Positions 16,107 to 24,817 of a DNA stretch of 35,041 bases are shown here, piece by piece (the first letter of the stretch is position 1; each line of letters begins with the position of its first letter). A program made the position numbers and the translations under genes. The notes under the pieces are model-generated. The model was not told the DNA's origin and made no database searches. It was given only the letters and a program-made list of their open reading frames with translations. The DNA is from Bacilli bacterium. Its GTDB lineage: Bacteria; Bacillota_I; Bacilli_A; RF39; UBA660. The stretch is from assembly GCA_045634565.1 (NCBI GenBank), contig JAZRAM010000001.1, forward strand, positions 1 through 35,041, given 5' to 3'.

Positions 16107-17609
16107 GTGGAAAAAGAAACACTAAAAAAATTTATTAATCAAATAAAAAAATATAACTTAACAGAAACATTTAGTGATATAAAAGAATTTGAAAATTGGT
16201 TAAATGGATTATCAAAAAAACAAGTAAATAATTTTAATAGTCTAAATGTTAATCCTGATTCAATTTTATTTCCTAAACATTTACTAATTAACAATGATTT
16301 ATTAAATTGTGATGATTATAATAGAAGAATTGATTTAATGATGAATCTTAAGGTTGAGGATGGTTTCTATCATAACTTTGATACATTATGTAATCCAAAG
16401 TTTTTAAACAGTAAACATTATTATAAAGATATGGAAATAATGAGCAAGTTTTCAAATGTTAGATATGCTTTATGGGTAATAGCAGAAACTTCTTTTATCA
16501 ATAGTAAATATCATGACGAAGACTTAAAACTTATTCTTGAAGCTAAAGACATTGATAACCGGTCTGATGATTTAGTAGCAGAATGTTTGGCTGAAATTGC
16601 AGCTGACAAAAATTCATTAAAAAGTCCATATCACCAAAAAGATATGAAATTAATTGCTACTTGTAGTAGTAAATGTTTACAAGGGTCACACTCATTCCCA
16701 GAACATGGCATTGATAGATTAGCCGCAAACGAAAATTCTTTAAAAGACAAATATCACTTAGAAAATATGCAAATTCTTGCAAAACATCATAATATAGATA
16801 ATATTTTATATGAACTAATGACCGATTCAAATATAATAAATGGTAAACACTATAGAACAGAAGTTGATTTGGTTGCTAATTCAAAAAGCGAACTTACAGC
16901 TTTAGCTCTGTATTGTTTTATAAGAAATCCTGAAAGAACTTGTATAGCACATCCATATGAAAAAGTTTATAAATATTTAGATTTTAAAGATACTCATATG
17001 CTTGAAAAAAGAAATTGCATAAGTCAAAGACAACAAAAAGATTATTTAAACAATTTACAACTTCTAAGTAACATTGATGATCAATTTGTTATGTATTTTG
17101 AATCACTCCTTTCAAACATTTATTTCTCAAATAGTGAATATAAAAATAGAGATATAGAATTATTATTAACTGTAAAAGATTGTGACTTATTTAGAGATTT
17201 GTATCAATTGATGACTTGTCAACATTCTCTAAATAGTATACATCATACTCAAGATGTACATACTATTTACGAAACCGAAAACAAAGAATTAAGAAGTTTG
17301 TTATTAAGAAAAGCAATAAATAAAAAAAGTCTTAATAGTGAATATCATAGATATGATATGAATTATATTTTAAGATTAGATTTAGATAAGCTCGAAGAAG
17401 ACCAACTAAATAAAATGTGCGGATATCTTTTCTATGGTAGTTTTAATAATAAAAATCACAAAGAAGATTTAGAAAAACTTTATAATAATGAACCAATTGA
17501 AAAAACAGATCCAGTATTAGAACAACTTGATAACTTTGAAAAAAATTATACTGAAAGTATTCCTAAAAATAAAGTTTTATCTAAAGTAAAAAAATTATTT
17601 AAAAAATAA
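16107..17609 (+). CDS. Hypothetical 500-aa alpha-solenoid-like repeat protein (about 10-12 degenerate repeats)
   Basis: GTG start 8 nt after GGGAGG. A recurring core [LIF]-N-S-x-Y-H-x-x-D-[ML]-x-x-[IL] occurs at residues 65, 99, 130, 170, 211, 243, 339, 374, 408 and 445. No signal peptide or TM segment. Confidence 0.75.
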   Translation: MEKETLKKFINQIKKYNLTETFSDIKEFENWLNGLSKKQVNNFNSLNVNPDSILFPKHLLINNDLLNCDDYNRRIDLMMNLKVEDGFYHNFDTLCNPKFLNSKHYYKDMEIMSKFSNVRYALWVIAETSFINSKYHDEDLKLILEAKDIDNRSDDLVAECLAEIAADKNSLKSPYHQKDMKLIATCSSKCLQGSHSFPEHGIDRLAANENSLKDKYHLENMQILAKHHNIDNILYELMTDSNIINGKHYRTEVDLVANSKSELTALALYCFIRNPERTCIAHPYEKVYKYLDFKDTHMLEKRNCISQRQQKDYLNNLQLLSNIDDQFVMYFESLLSNIYFSNSEYKNRDIELLLTVKDCDLFRDLYQLMTCQHSLNSIHHTQDVHTIYETENKELRSLLLRKAINKKSLNSEYHRYDMNYILRLDLDKLEEDQLNKMCGYLFYGSFNNKNHKEDLEKLYNNEPIEKTDPVLEQLDNFEKNYTESIPKNKVLSKVKKLFKK

Positions 17610-17620
17610 AAGATGATAAA

Positions 17621-18376
17621 TCATCTTTTTAAGTTATAAAATAATTTTTCAGCTGTACTATTTAATATTTGTTTCATAAGTACTTTTTCTTTATTTTTTA
17701 GTTCACATATTTTATCAAAAGTATCTTTACCTCTTTGATTTGGATTAGCAGTTAAAAATGGATAATCAGTTTCAATAATAAGTTTATCTATTGGAACATT
17801 TTTTACTACTTCTAAAGATTTACTTGCCGTAGGTCTAGTTATATTAGAACCAACAGAAATATATCCACCTAACTTTATTATTTCATCTAATATTTCTAAA
17901 TCAGGTTGAAAGAAATGAAATATAAATCCATATAGTGGTTTATATTTTTTTATTATTTCAATACATATTTTATTAGCATATTCCCTACTATCTTTTGTAG
18001 TATTAGAATGGATAATCAAAGGTAATTTTAATTTATTTGCAAGTCTAATACTCTCTATAAACTTATCTATTTGTACTGAAATATCTCCACTTGTATCAAT
18101 ACCAGTTTCACCTACTGCGACTATTTTTTTATTATCATATTTATCATAAAGATATTCTAATTCATTTACTTTTCCATCATATAAAGGATGTATACCTATT
18201 GTAGAATAAAATTTTTTATTTCGAATCCCTATTTTTATTGCTTCTTCACTAGTTTTATAATCTAATCCTACATTTATTATTTTTGTTAAATCTTTATTTT
18301 TATTAACAATATCAATTTCATTCTTTATGTTTTCCATAACGCAACTGTTATAATGAGCATGTGTATCAATTAACAT
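17621..18376 (-). CDS. tatD: TatD-family metal-dependent hydrolase (DNase)
   Basis: MLIDTHAHYN, GETGID, IIHSN and IIETDYPFL are the metal-ligand motifs of the TatD/YabD family. Confidence 0.85.
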   Translation of the reverse strand: MLIDTHAHYNSCVMENIKNEIDIVNKNKDLTKIINVGLDYKTSEEAIKIGIRNKKFYSTIGIHPLYDGKVNELEYLYDKYDNKKIVAVGETGIDTSGDISVQIDKFIESIRLANKLKLPLIIHSNTTKDSREYANKICIEIIKKYKPLYGFIFHFFQPDLEILDEIIKLGGYISVGSNITRPTASKSLEVVKNVPIDKLIIETDYPFLTANPNQRGKDTFDKICELKNKEKVLMKQILNSTAEKLFYNLKR

Positions 18377-18414
18377 AGTATCACCACTCTTCTAAAGTTA
18401 TTATAATATGATTG

Positions 18415-18444
18415 TAATAAAAAAATCAACCTTTCGATTGATTT
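18415..18444 (-). terminator. Intrinsic terminator after tRNA-Gly
   Basis: On the minus RNA, AAAUCAA-ucgaaagg-UUGAUUU is followed by a U-run (plus-strand A-run 18415-18422). Confidence 0.6.
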
Positions 18445-18453
18445 AAATTCATA

Positions 18454-18528
18454 TGGAGCAAGTGACCGGGATCGAACCGGCATCCTAGCCTTGGCAAGGC
18501 CATATACTAACCATTGTACTACACCTGC
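18454..18528 (-). tRNA. tRNA-Gly, anticodon GCC, CCA encoded
   Basis: The reverse complement reads GCAGGTGTAGTACAATGGTTAGTATATGGCCTTGCCAAGGCTAGGATGCCGGTTCGATCCCGGTCACTTGCTCCA. Anticodon loop is UU-GCC-AA and the discriminator is U. Confidence 0.93.
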
Positions 18529-18532
18529 ATTA

Positions 18533-18566
18533 AATAGTGATATATAAAATATACACTATTTTTTTT
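18533..18566. other. Hairpin between the ABC operon and tRNA-Gly (partial terminator or processing site)
   Basis: aatagtg(a)tatat-aaa-atatacactatt forms a bulged stem. The T8 run follows only in plus-strand orientation, so its function on the minus transcript is uncertain. Confidence 0.3.
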
Positions 18567-18580
18567 ATTTTGTAAAGTGT

Positions 18581-20551
18581 TTATTCAACAATTGTTTCAA
18601 ATTGTGAATTATAGAGGTCTGCATAGAATCCATTCTTCTTTAACAGTTTAGAATGAGTTCCTTGCTCTACTATATTACCATCTTTCATAACTAATATTAA
18701 ATCAGCATTTTTAATAGTAGATAATCTATGAGCAATTATAAAAGATGTCTTGCCTTTTGTTAATTTATCCATAGCTTTTTGAACTAATTCTTCTGTTCTT
18801 GTATCTACATTCGAAGTTGCTTCATCTAGTATTAAGAAAGGTGCATTTTCAATCATACCACGCGCTATTGTAAGTAATTGTTTTTGACCTTGGCTTATAG
18901 CATCATTATCACCTATTATTGCATCTAATCCACCTGGAAGTGTTTTAATAAAATGATCAACACCAACTACTTTACAAACTTCCATTATTTCTTTGTCACT
19001 AACATTTTTTTTATTAAACTTAAGATTATCTCTAATAGTACCTTCAAATACCCAAGTATCTTGAAGCACCATTACAAATAAATCATGAATATTTTCTCTA
19101 GTTAAATCTTTTATAGATACTCCATCTATCAATATATCTCCAGAATTTATTTCATAAAACTTCATAAGTAGATTTACCATTGTAGTTTTTCCAGCACCTG
19201 TAGGACCTACTATAGCTATCTTTTGCCCTGGTTTAACTTTAGCACTAAAATCTTTTATTATTGTTCTATTTTCATCATAACCGAACTTAACATTTCTAAA
19301 CTCTATTTCACCTTTTACACTTTTTTTGTTAAGTTTACCTTTTAGTTTACTTTCATTTGTCATTTCTTCTTCGTCAATAAAATCAAATACTCTTTCTGAT
19401 GCAGCAGCAATTGATTGAAGAGACGTCATTGCTTGAGCAATTTGTGAAAGTGGATTAGAAAACATTCTAACATAAATTATAAATGCCACAATTACGCCAA
19501 ATGTAATAATATTGTTCATAACAAGTAATGCACCTACTACACAAACAGCTACATATCCAAAGTTACCAATAAACATCATTAAAGGTTGCATTATCCCACT
19601 TAAGAACTGACTTTTCCAATTACACTCATATAATTTATTATTTAAACCATCAAATTCTTTATTGGCTTTATATTCTCCATTGTATGCTTTTACTACATTG
19701 TGTCCTGAATATATTTCTTCAATATATCCATTTAAATCCCCTAATTGTTCTTGTCTTTCTGTAAAATATTTTTGGGATTTACCTAGAATTAGTCCCATTA
19801 AAGCAAAACCTATTAAACTTGAAAGAATTGCTGTTATAGCCATAATCCAATTTGTTACAAACATCATGAAAATTGAACCTAGGAAAAGTGTTAAACTTGT
19901 TACTAATGATGACAAACTATGATTTAAGTTATGTGCAATCATATCAACATCATTAGTAACTCTAGATAAAACATCTCCAGTTTCATGTGTATCAAAATAC
20001 TTAAGTGGTAACCTATTTATTTTTTTACTTATATCGCTTCTAAGTTTTTTAGCAAACTTGTTAGAAGCAATTGTCATAAGTAATGATTGAATATAATTAA
20101 ATATGGCACTTATTAAATATAATAATCCTAAAAATATAGCAATACTTTTTACTTTAGACATATCTATTTTAGGCTTAACTATCTCATAAATAGATTTAGG
20201 TAATCTATCAAAATTACTTGATAACTCATTTAAATCTGCATCTTCTTCTTTAGCAGAATCAAGTAATTCTTTAAACTCTACTTTATCTTCATTACTTATA
20301 TTTTTATCAGACATTATATCTTTTACAATTTTTTCACTTATATTAGGACTTATTCCAGAAGCTATTGTATCCGTTAATTTCGATAATTTATTAGGTGCGA
20401 CTAGAGCTAAAATAGCACTTACCATAGCAAGAACTAAAGAAATTATTAAGAAATATTTCCAAGTGCTTAAATTATCAAATAATCTTGTTATAGAGCCTTT
20501 AAAATCTCTAGATTTTTCAGAAACTTTCATTGGTCCACCATGTCTAGCCAT
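18581..20551 (-). CDS. ABC exporter half-transporter (TMD-NBD), consensus-ATPase subunit of a heterodimer
   Basis: I prefer the start MARHGGPMKV (ATG 20549-51) after AAGGAGG, overlapping the upstream stop (ATGGCTAG). Six-TM domain, Walker A GPTGAGKT, Walker B LILDEATS with the catalytic Glu, H-loop IIAHRLS, but an atypical signature ISQGQKQ. Confidence 0.88.
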   Translation of the reverse strand: MARHGGPMKVSEKSRDFKGSITRLFDNLSTWKYFLIISLVLAMVSAILALVAPNKLSKLTDTIASGISPNISEKIVKDIMSDKNISNEDKVEFKELLDSAKEEDADLNELSSNFDRLPKSIYEIVKPKIDMSKVKSIAIFLGLLYLISAIFNYIQSLLMTIASNKFAKKLRSDISKKINRLPLKYFDTHETGDVLSRVTNDVDMIAHNLNHSLSSLVTSLTLFLGSIFMMFVTNWIMAITAILSSLIGFALMGLILGKSQKYFTERQEQLGDLNGYIEEIYSGHNVVKAYNGEYKANKEFDGLNNKLYECNWKSQFLSGIMQPLMMFIGNFGYVAVCVVGALLVMNNIITFGVIVAFIIYVRMFSNPLSQIAQAMTSLQSIAAASERVFDFIDEEEMTNESKLKGKLNKKSVKGEIEFRNVKFGYDENRTIIKDFSAKVKPGQKIAIVGPTGAGKTTMVNLLMKFYEINSGDILIDGVSIKDLTRENIHDLFVMVLQDTWVFEGTIRDNLKFNKKNVSDKEIMEVCKVVGVDHFIKTLPGGLDAIIGDNDAISQGQKQLLTIARGMIENAPFLILDEATSNVDTRTEELVQKAMDKLTKGKTSFIIAHRLSTIKNADLILVMKDGNIVEQGTHSKLLKKNGFYADLYNSQFETIVE

Positions 20552-22307
20552 TTTGTAATTCCTCCTTTGAAAGTTGTGATAAAGCAATTTCTTTATAAAT
20601 TTTACATTTCTTTAAAAGTTCTTTATGTGTTCCTATCCCTACACATTTACCTTTATCAAGCACAACTATTTTATCTGCATTTATAATAGTACCTATTCTT
20701 TGTGCTACTATTAAACTTGTAGCATCTTTTGTATATTTTTTTAATTCTTTTCTAAGTATTGCATCTGTTTTATAATCTAATGCTGAGAAAGAATCATCAA
20801 AAATATATATTTCAGGATCTCTTGCTATTGCTCTAGCTATCGCAAGTCTTTGTTTTTGTCCACCAGATATGTTAGTTCCACCTCTAGCAATATGAGAATT
20901 ATAGTTTTTATCCATTTTAGTTACAAAATCAGTACCTTGTGCAACTTCTATTGCTTCTTTTATTCTATTTAGACTTGCATCTTTTTTTCCATTATATCCA
21001 TAACCTACATTAGATTTAACAGTACCTGTAAACATAACTGCTTTTTGTGGAACATATCCTATTTTATTATTTAAAGATTCTAAAGTATAATCCTTAACAT
21101 TTATTCCATCTATTAAAACTTCACCTTCTGTAGCATCATAAAATCTTGGAACTAAATTTATTAAAGTACTTTTACCACTTCCTGTAGAACCTATAAAAGC
21201 GATAGTTTCTCCTTTTTCTACTTTAAAACTTATATTTTCAAGTAAATATTCATCAGAATCAGGATATTTAAATGATACATTTCTAAACTCTATTGTACCT
21301 TGTTCTTTAGTTTCTTTTACATCTATATTTCCATCTTTAATAGCAATATCACTATCTAATACTTCATTAATTCTTTTAGCAGAGACTTGTGCACGTGGTA
21401 ATATCATAAATATCATAGCAAGCATTAAGAAAGCAGCTATTACTTGCATACCATAACTTGTAAATACAACCATATTACTAAATAAACTTATTTTATCAAG
21501 TAATCCAGCATTACTTATTAGTATAGCACCTATTATGTATATTCCTAAAGTTAAACTATGCATAACAAGATTCATCATAGGATTAAGTATAGCAAAACAT
21601 TTTTGATTAAACATCTGCATATTAGTTAAATCACTGTTTACTTTTTCAAATCTATTTTGTTGAAATTTTTCAGCATTAAACGCTCTTATTACTCTAATGC
21701 CAGTTAAGTTTTCTCTTGTAACTCCATTTACTTTATCTATAAGTTTTTGAACTTTTTCAAATCTTGGGAATACTATTATAAGTAAAGTTATAACTGTAAT
21801 TAAAAGTATTATTACACAAGCACCTGTAAGTATACTCCACTCTAAGTTTTTATTTAATATTTTAGTTACTGCCCATATAGCCATAATAGGTGCTTTTATA
21901 AGCATTTGAAGTCCCATAGCTATAAACATCTCTATTTGAGTAACATCATTAGTTGTTCTTGTTATTAAACTACTTGTTTCAAACTTCTTTATTTCTTCCA
22001 TTCCTAGTTTTCCAACTTTTCTAAATATTTTACTTCTTAAATTTAAAGAAAAGTTAGCAGACAATCTGGAAGTTAAAAAACCTACTGATATAGCTGATAT
22101 TAAACTGCCAAAAGCACATAACACCATATATCCACCTTGAAGTAATATTTCCCCCATACTACTACCTTCTGTTTGAATGAGTGTTGTTATTGCGCTCATA
22201 TAATCTGGTAGTTTTAAATCTAACCATACTTGAGTAGTTATCAACACAAAACTAAATAATACTATTAACCAATCTTTTTTTGTAAAAGTTTTAAACATCT
22301 TGAACAT
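20544..22307 (-). CDS. ABC exporter half-transporter (TMD-NBD), degenerate-site subunit of a heterodimer
   Basis: Walker A GSTGSGKST and canonical signature ISGGQKQR. Walker B reads IYIFDDS (Asp in place of the catalytic Glu) and the H-loop reads IVAQRIG (Gln in place of His). Confidence 0.88.
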   Translation of the reverse strand: MFKMFKTFTKKDWLIVLFSFVLITTQVWLDLKLPDYMSAITTLIQTEGSSMGEILLQGGYMVLCAFGSLISAISVGFLTSRLSANFSLNLRSKIFRKVGKLGMEEIKKFETSSLITRTTNDVTQIEMFIAMGLQMLIKAPIMAIWAVTKILNKNLEWSILTGACVIILLITVITLLIIVFPRFEKVQKLIDKVNGVTRENLTGIRVIRAFNAEKFQQNRFEKVNSDLTNMQMFNQKCFAILNPMMNLVMHSLTLGIYIIGAILISNAGLLDKISLFSNMVVFTSYGMQVIAAFLMLAMIFMILPRAQVSAKRINEVLDSDIAIKDGNIDVKETKEQGTIEFRNVSFKYPDSDEYLLENISFKVEKGETIAFIGSTGSGKSTLINLVPRFYDATEGEVLIDGINVKDYTLESLNNKIGYVPQKAVMFTGTVKSNVGYGYNGKKDASLNRIKEAIEVAQGTDFVTKMDKNYNSHIARGGTNISGGQKQRLAIARAIARDPEIYIFDDSFSALDYKTDAILRKELKKYTKDATSLIVAQRIGTIINADKIVVLDKGKCVGIGTHKELLKKCKIYKEIALSQLSKEELQNG

Positions 22308-22371
22308 TTTATCACCTCTTTAATTATATACTATTTTTAATCTTTTTTGTATCTTTTTTACAAGTATTCTA

Positions 22372-22400
22372 AATATATACCTATTTATAATTAAAGTCAA
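22372..22400 (-). promoter_or_regulatory. Candidate promoter of the ABC exporter operon
   Basis: On the minus strand, TTGACT (22395-22400), a 17-nt spacer, then TATATT (22372-77), about 65 nt upstream of the ATG. Confidence 0.4.
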
Positions 22401-22488
22401 TTATTTTCACTTAAATTTCAAAACTATTGTATTAAACGCATATTTTTATTTATTTAACATATTTTTTACTAATAAAGTAAAGTTATAA

Positions 22489-22517
22489 TTGACAAAAAAG
22501 ATTGATTAGTGTAAAAT
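22489..22517 (+). promoter_or_regulatory. Sigma-A promoter of the solitary tRNA-Cys
   Basis: TTGACA (22489-94), a 17-nt spacer, then TAAAAT (22512-17), about 18 nt before the mature tRNA 5' end. Confidence 0.65.
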
Positions 22518-22535
22518 TATATTTATGAAACAGAT

Positions 22536-22609
22536 GGGTCTATAGCCAAGTGGTAAGGCGTGGGACTGCAACTCCCTGATCGTTGGTTCAAATCCGACTA
22601 GGCCCTCCA
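22536..22609 (+). tRNA. tRNA-Cys, anticodon GCA, CCA encoded
   Basis: GGGTCTATAGCCAAGTGGTAAGGCGTGGGACTGCAACTCCCTGATCGTTGGTTCAAATCCGACTAGGCCCTCCA. Anticodon loop is CU-GCA-AC and the discriminator is U. Confidence 0.92.
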
Positions 22610-22619
22610 GATTGATAGT

Positions 22620-22677
22620 AAACTCGAAATTTTCGAGTTTAAGTAATAAATGCTAACTAGAAATAGTTAGTTTTTTT
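22620..22677 (+). terminator. Two tandem hairpins terminating tRNA-Cys
   Basis: Hairpin 1 is aaactcgaa-att-ttcgagttt (22620-22640). Hairpin 2 is ctaact-agaaat-agttag followed by T7 (22653-22677). Confidence 0.7.
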
Positions 22678-22743
22678 GTTATTTAGAAATAAAAAAAGAA
22701 AGCATATGAACGTCAATAAATAAATAGAAATAAGGTATGTATT

Positions 22744-22771
22744 TTGATATTTAGTAATATTATGCTATAAT
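22744..22771 (+). promoter_or_regulatory. Sigma-A promoter with extended -10 for the HExxH protein gene
   Basis: TTGATA (22744-49), a 16-nt spacer, then TGcTATAAT (-10 at 22766-71), followed by AAAGAGGTG and the ATG at 22799. Confidence 0.6.
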
Positions 22772-22798
22772 AGTGAACACACTGAAAGAGGTGCTATT

Positions 22799-23620
22799 AT
22801 GCATGAAGAACTAAAAAAATTAGTACTAAAATATTCTGGCGATGAAAAAGATATAGATGATAATTTTATAAATAATACAATAACGATTGCAAGTAACTAT
22901 TACGCCTTAACTGAATACATAAAAAATATTTATAATTTAAGAAAACGATGGACTACATGCGCTTCATATTTGCTTCACGATAAAGCTATAATTACAGACT
23001 TATATTTAATACTAGAATCATTAAATTATATTGAAGATGACTTCATTTTTTTAAAAAACTCCAAAAATTTTAAATATTTATATGCTATACAAGTTTTACT
23101 TCATGAAGTAGAGCATGCTAACCAACAAAAAATGTTATATGAAGATAATAATATAGAAAGTGAAATATTAAATGCAGAGTTTGCTCCTAGTTATAAAGTT
23201 AAAGATGCGTTAATAATTAAAAGATTTTTTGTATATAAAAAACTGAAAAAATTGAGAAATAAATTTTATGTATTTTCACCATCGGAAAGATTAGCAAACA
23301 TAAAATCTTTTGAGGTTGGAGAAAAAATTTCTAAAATATTAGAAGATGAATTTTGTCATGATGTTATGCAATATTATAAACTTAAAAATTTATTAAACGG
23401 ATATAATGTAGGTTTAATAAATTATAATTCAAATATACCTACTAAATTTTATTTACAACAAATTAATCCCAATTATGATTTTAACAAAATTAAAAAGATG
23501 AGCGAACAACTTGATTCTGAAACTTTAATTAAATTAGGGTTAGAAGCATCTCCTGAAGAATTACATCAAATTTCACAAAAGAATATGCAATTAGTTTTAA
23601 AATTTAAAAACTTACAATAA
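22799..23620 (+). CDS. Hypothetical cytoplasmic protein with an HExxH motif (putative zinc metallopeptidase-like)
   Basis: LLHEVEHANQQ sits in the middle of a 273-aa, predicted helical, signal-less protein, with possible third-ligand Glu residues downstream (NAEFAP, SPSERLAN). I recognise no family. Confidence 0.65.
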   Translation: MHEELKKLVLKYSGDEKDIDDNFINNTITIASNYYALTEYIKNIYNLRKRWTTCASYLLHDKAIITDLYLILESLNYIEDDFIFLKNSKNFKYLYAIQVLLHEVEHANQQKMLYEDNNIESEILNAEFAPSYKVKDALIIKRFFVYKKLKKLRNKFYVFSPSERLANIKSFEVGEKISKILEDEFCHDVMQYYKLKNLLNGYNVGLINYNSNIPTKFYLQQINPNYDFNKIKKMSEQLDSETLIKLGLEASPEELHQISQKNMQLVLKFKNLQ

Positions 23621-23833
23621 ACTAAAATTCCATTTTAGTAACACACTACGCTATTGACATAGCAAATAATGGTGTACAAAGACAAAAAATTCTTCTGAAA
23701 TATTAGTTTAACAAGATATAAAGTTAATTAAAAAAATATTATTTGAGTATCTTAAAAACATAGTATACTTAATATAGATAGTTACCTAAAATCTATATCC
23801 AGCGATTATTGTACTTCCACCAAAAGTGCTCCC

Positions 23834-23870
23834 AAAAAAGAAAATCGAACAATTAAGTTCGATTTTTTAT
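23834..23870. terminator. Bidirectional intrinsic terminator
   Basis: Perfect 10-bp stem aaaatcgaac-aattaa-gttcgatttt, flanked by an A-run upstream and a T-run downstream. It lies 9 nt after the stop of the 23879-24769 minus-strand gene. Confidence 0.7.
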
Positions 23871-23878
23871 TTTAAAAG

Positions 23879-24769
23879 TTATTGTCTTGTATAAGTCTTG
23901 TATCCTGAAACAAGAGCATCTCTATCATAATCATATTGTAAATATAAAGTATCTTCTTCTGTGTCATAACCATAATAGTAAGAATAATCTTCATATTCAT
24001 AATCGATTACAAGGCTGCCTGTTTCTTCATTAAACCTCCAAGTACATTTAGTTACGTCATCATAAATAATATCATCGATATTACAAGTATTATCAGCATT
24101 TATTACAATTGCATCTCCATAATAAGAATAGCTTCCTGTTACATCAATTGGTTTTGTAAATATAGTATTAAATAATTTAACTATACCTATTAAAGTAATT
24201 ATTCCAGCAAGTCCTACTCCTATCCACATTACAACTTTCCATCCTTTTTTACTTAGGATATTTTTTGTCTCATAAATATTTTCTACTTTTTCTTCTTTTA
24301 CAAGTAATTTATTTAATTCATCTTTAAATTGTTGATGATTCCAAGTAAAGAAGAACATTGGTAATTGATGATATTGATGAATTATAATAACTCTAAATAT
24401 CCAGAATGCTGTATGTGTAGATACCTTTGTAATTCTGTTTAAAGGTATACTTGTTTCAGTTCTTTTAAATGGTATATATTTTTCTTTATATACTTGATTT
24501 TCAGTTAAACATAGAACAGTTTTAACCGCACATTTATAGAACCAATTCAAGAATAGATATAAAAGAAATAATGCGATAAGAATAATTATTTCTATACCTA
24601 CTCTACCCCAGAAATTATAATATGGGCTTGATATTCTACCTGCGAAATTTACATATGTTAGAACTAATAGATTTAGTCCTAGAACAACTAAATAAATTTT
24701 ATCTAGTGCTGAAATAAATAATAACCTTGACGTAACTATCGGTTTAATTTTTTTTGTTCCTTTTTCCAT
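23879..24769 (-). CDS. Multi-pass membrane protein with a bacterial PH-like (bPH/DUF304-like) cytoplasmic segment and a Y/D-rich C-terminal domain
   Basis: Hydrophobic segments near residues 25-45, 55-75 and 180-200. The segment LTENQVYKEKYIPFKRTETSIPLNRITKVS resembles bPH domains. The C-terminal ~90 aa are rich in Y/D/E. The family assignment is tentative. Confidence 0.55.
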   Translation of the reverse strand: MEKGTKKIKPIVTSRLLFISALDKIYLVVLGLNLLVLTYVNFAGRISSPYYNFWGRVGIEIIILIALFLLYLFLNWFYKCAVKTVLCLTENQVYKEKYIPFKRTETSIPLNRITKVSTHTAFWIFRVIIIHQYHQLPMFFFTWNHQQFKDELNKLLVKEEKVENIYETKNILSKKGWKVVMWIGVGLAGIITLIGIVKLFNTIFTKPIDVTGSYSYYGDAIVINADNTCNIDDIIYDDVTKCTWRFNEETGSLVIDYEYEDYSYYYGYDTEEDTLYLQYDYDRDALVSGYKTYTRQ

Positions 24770-24817
24770 AAATACACCTATACTCCTTTCTAATTTAATT
24801 ATACAACAGATTGCTTT

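Noticed and set aside
23790-23845. Short minus-strand peptide frame (...FFFGSTFGGSTIIAGYRF*) in the 23.6-23.9 kb gap
   Set aside because: The frame has no start codon or RBS and begins inside the terminator hairpin, so it is not a credible CDS.
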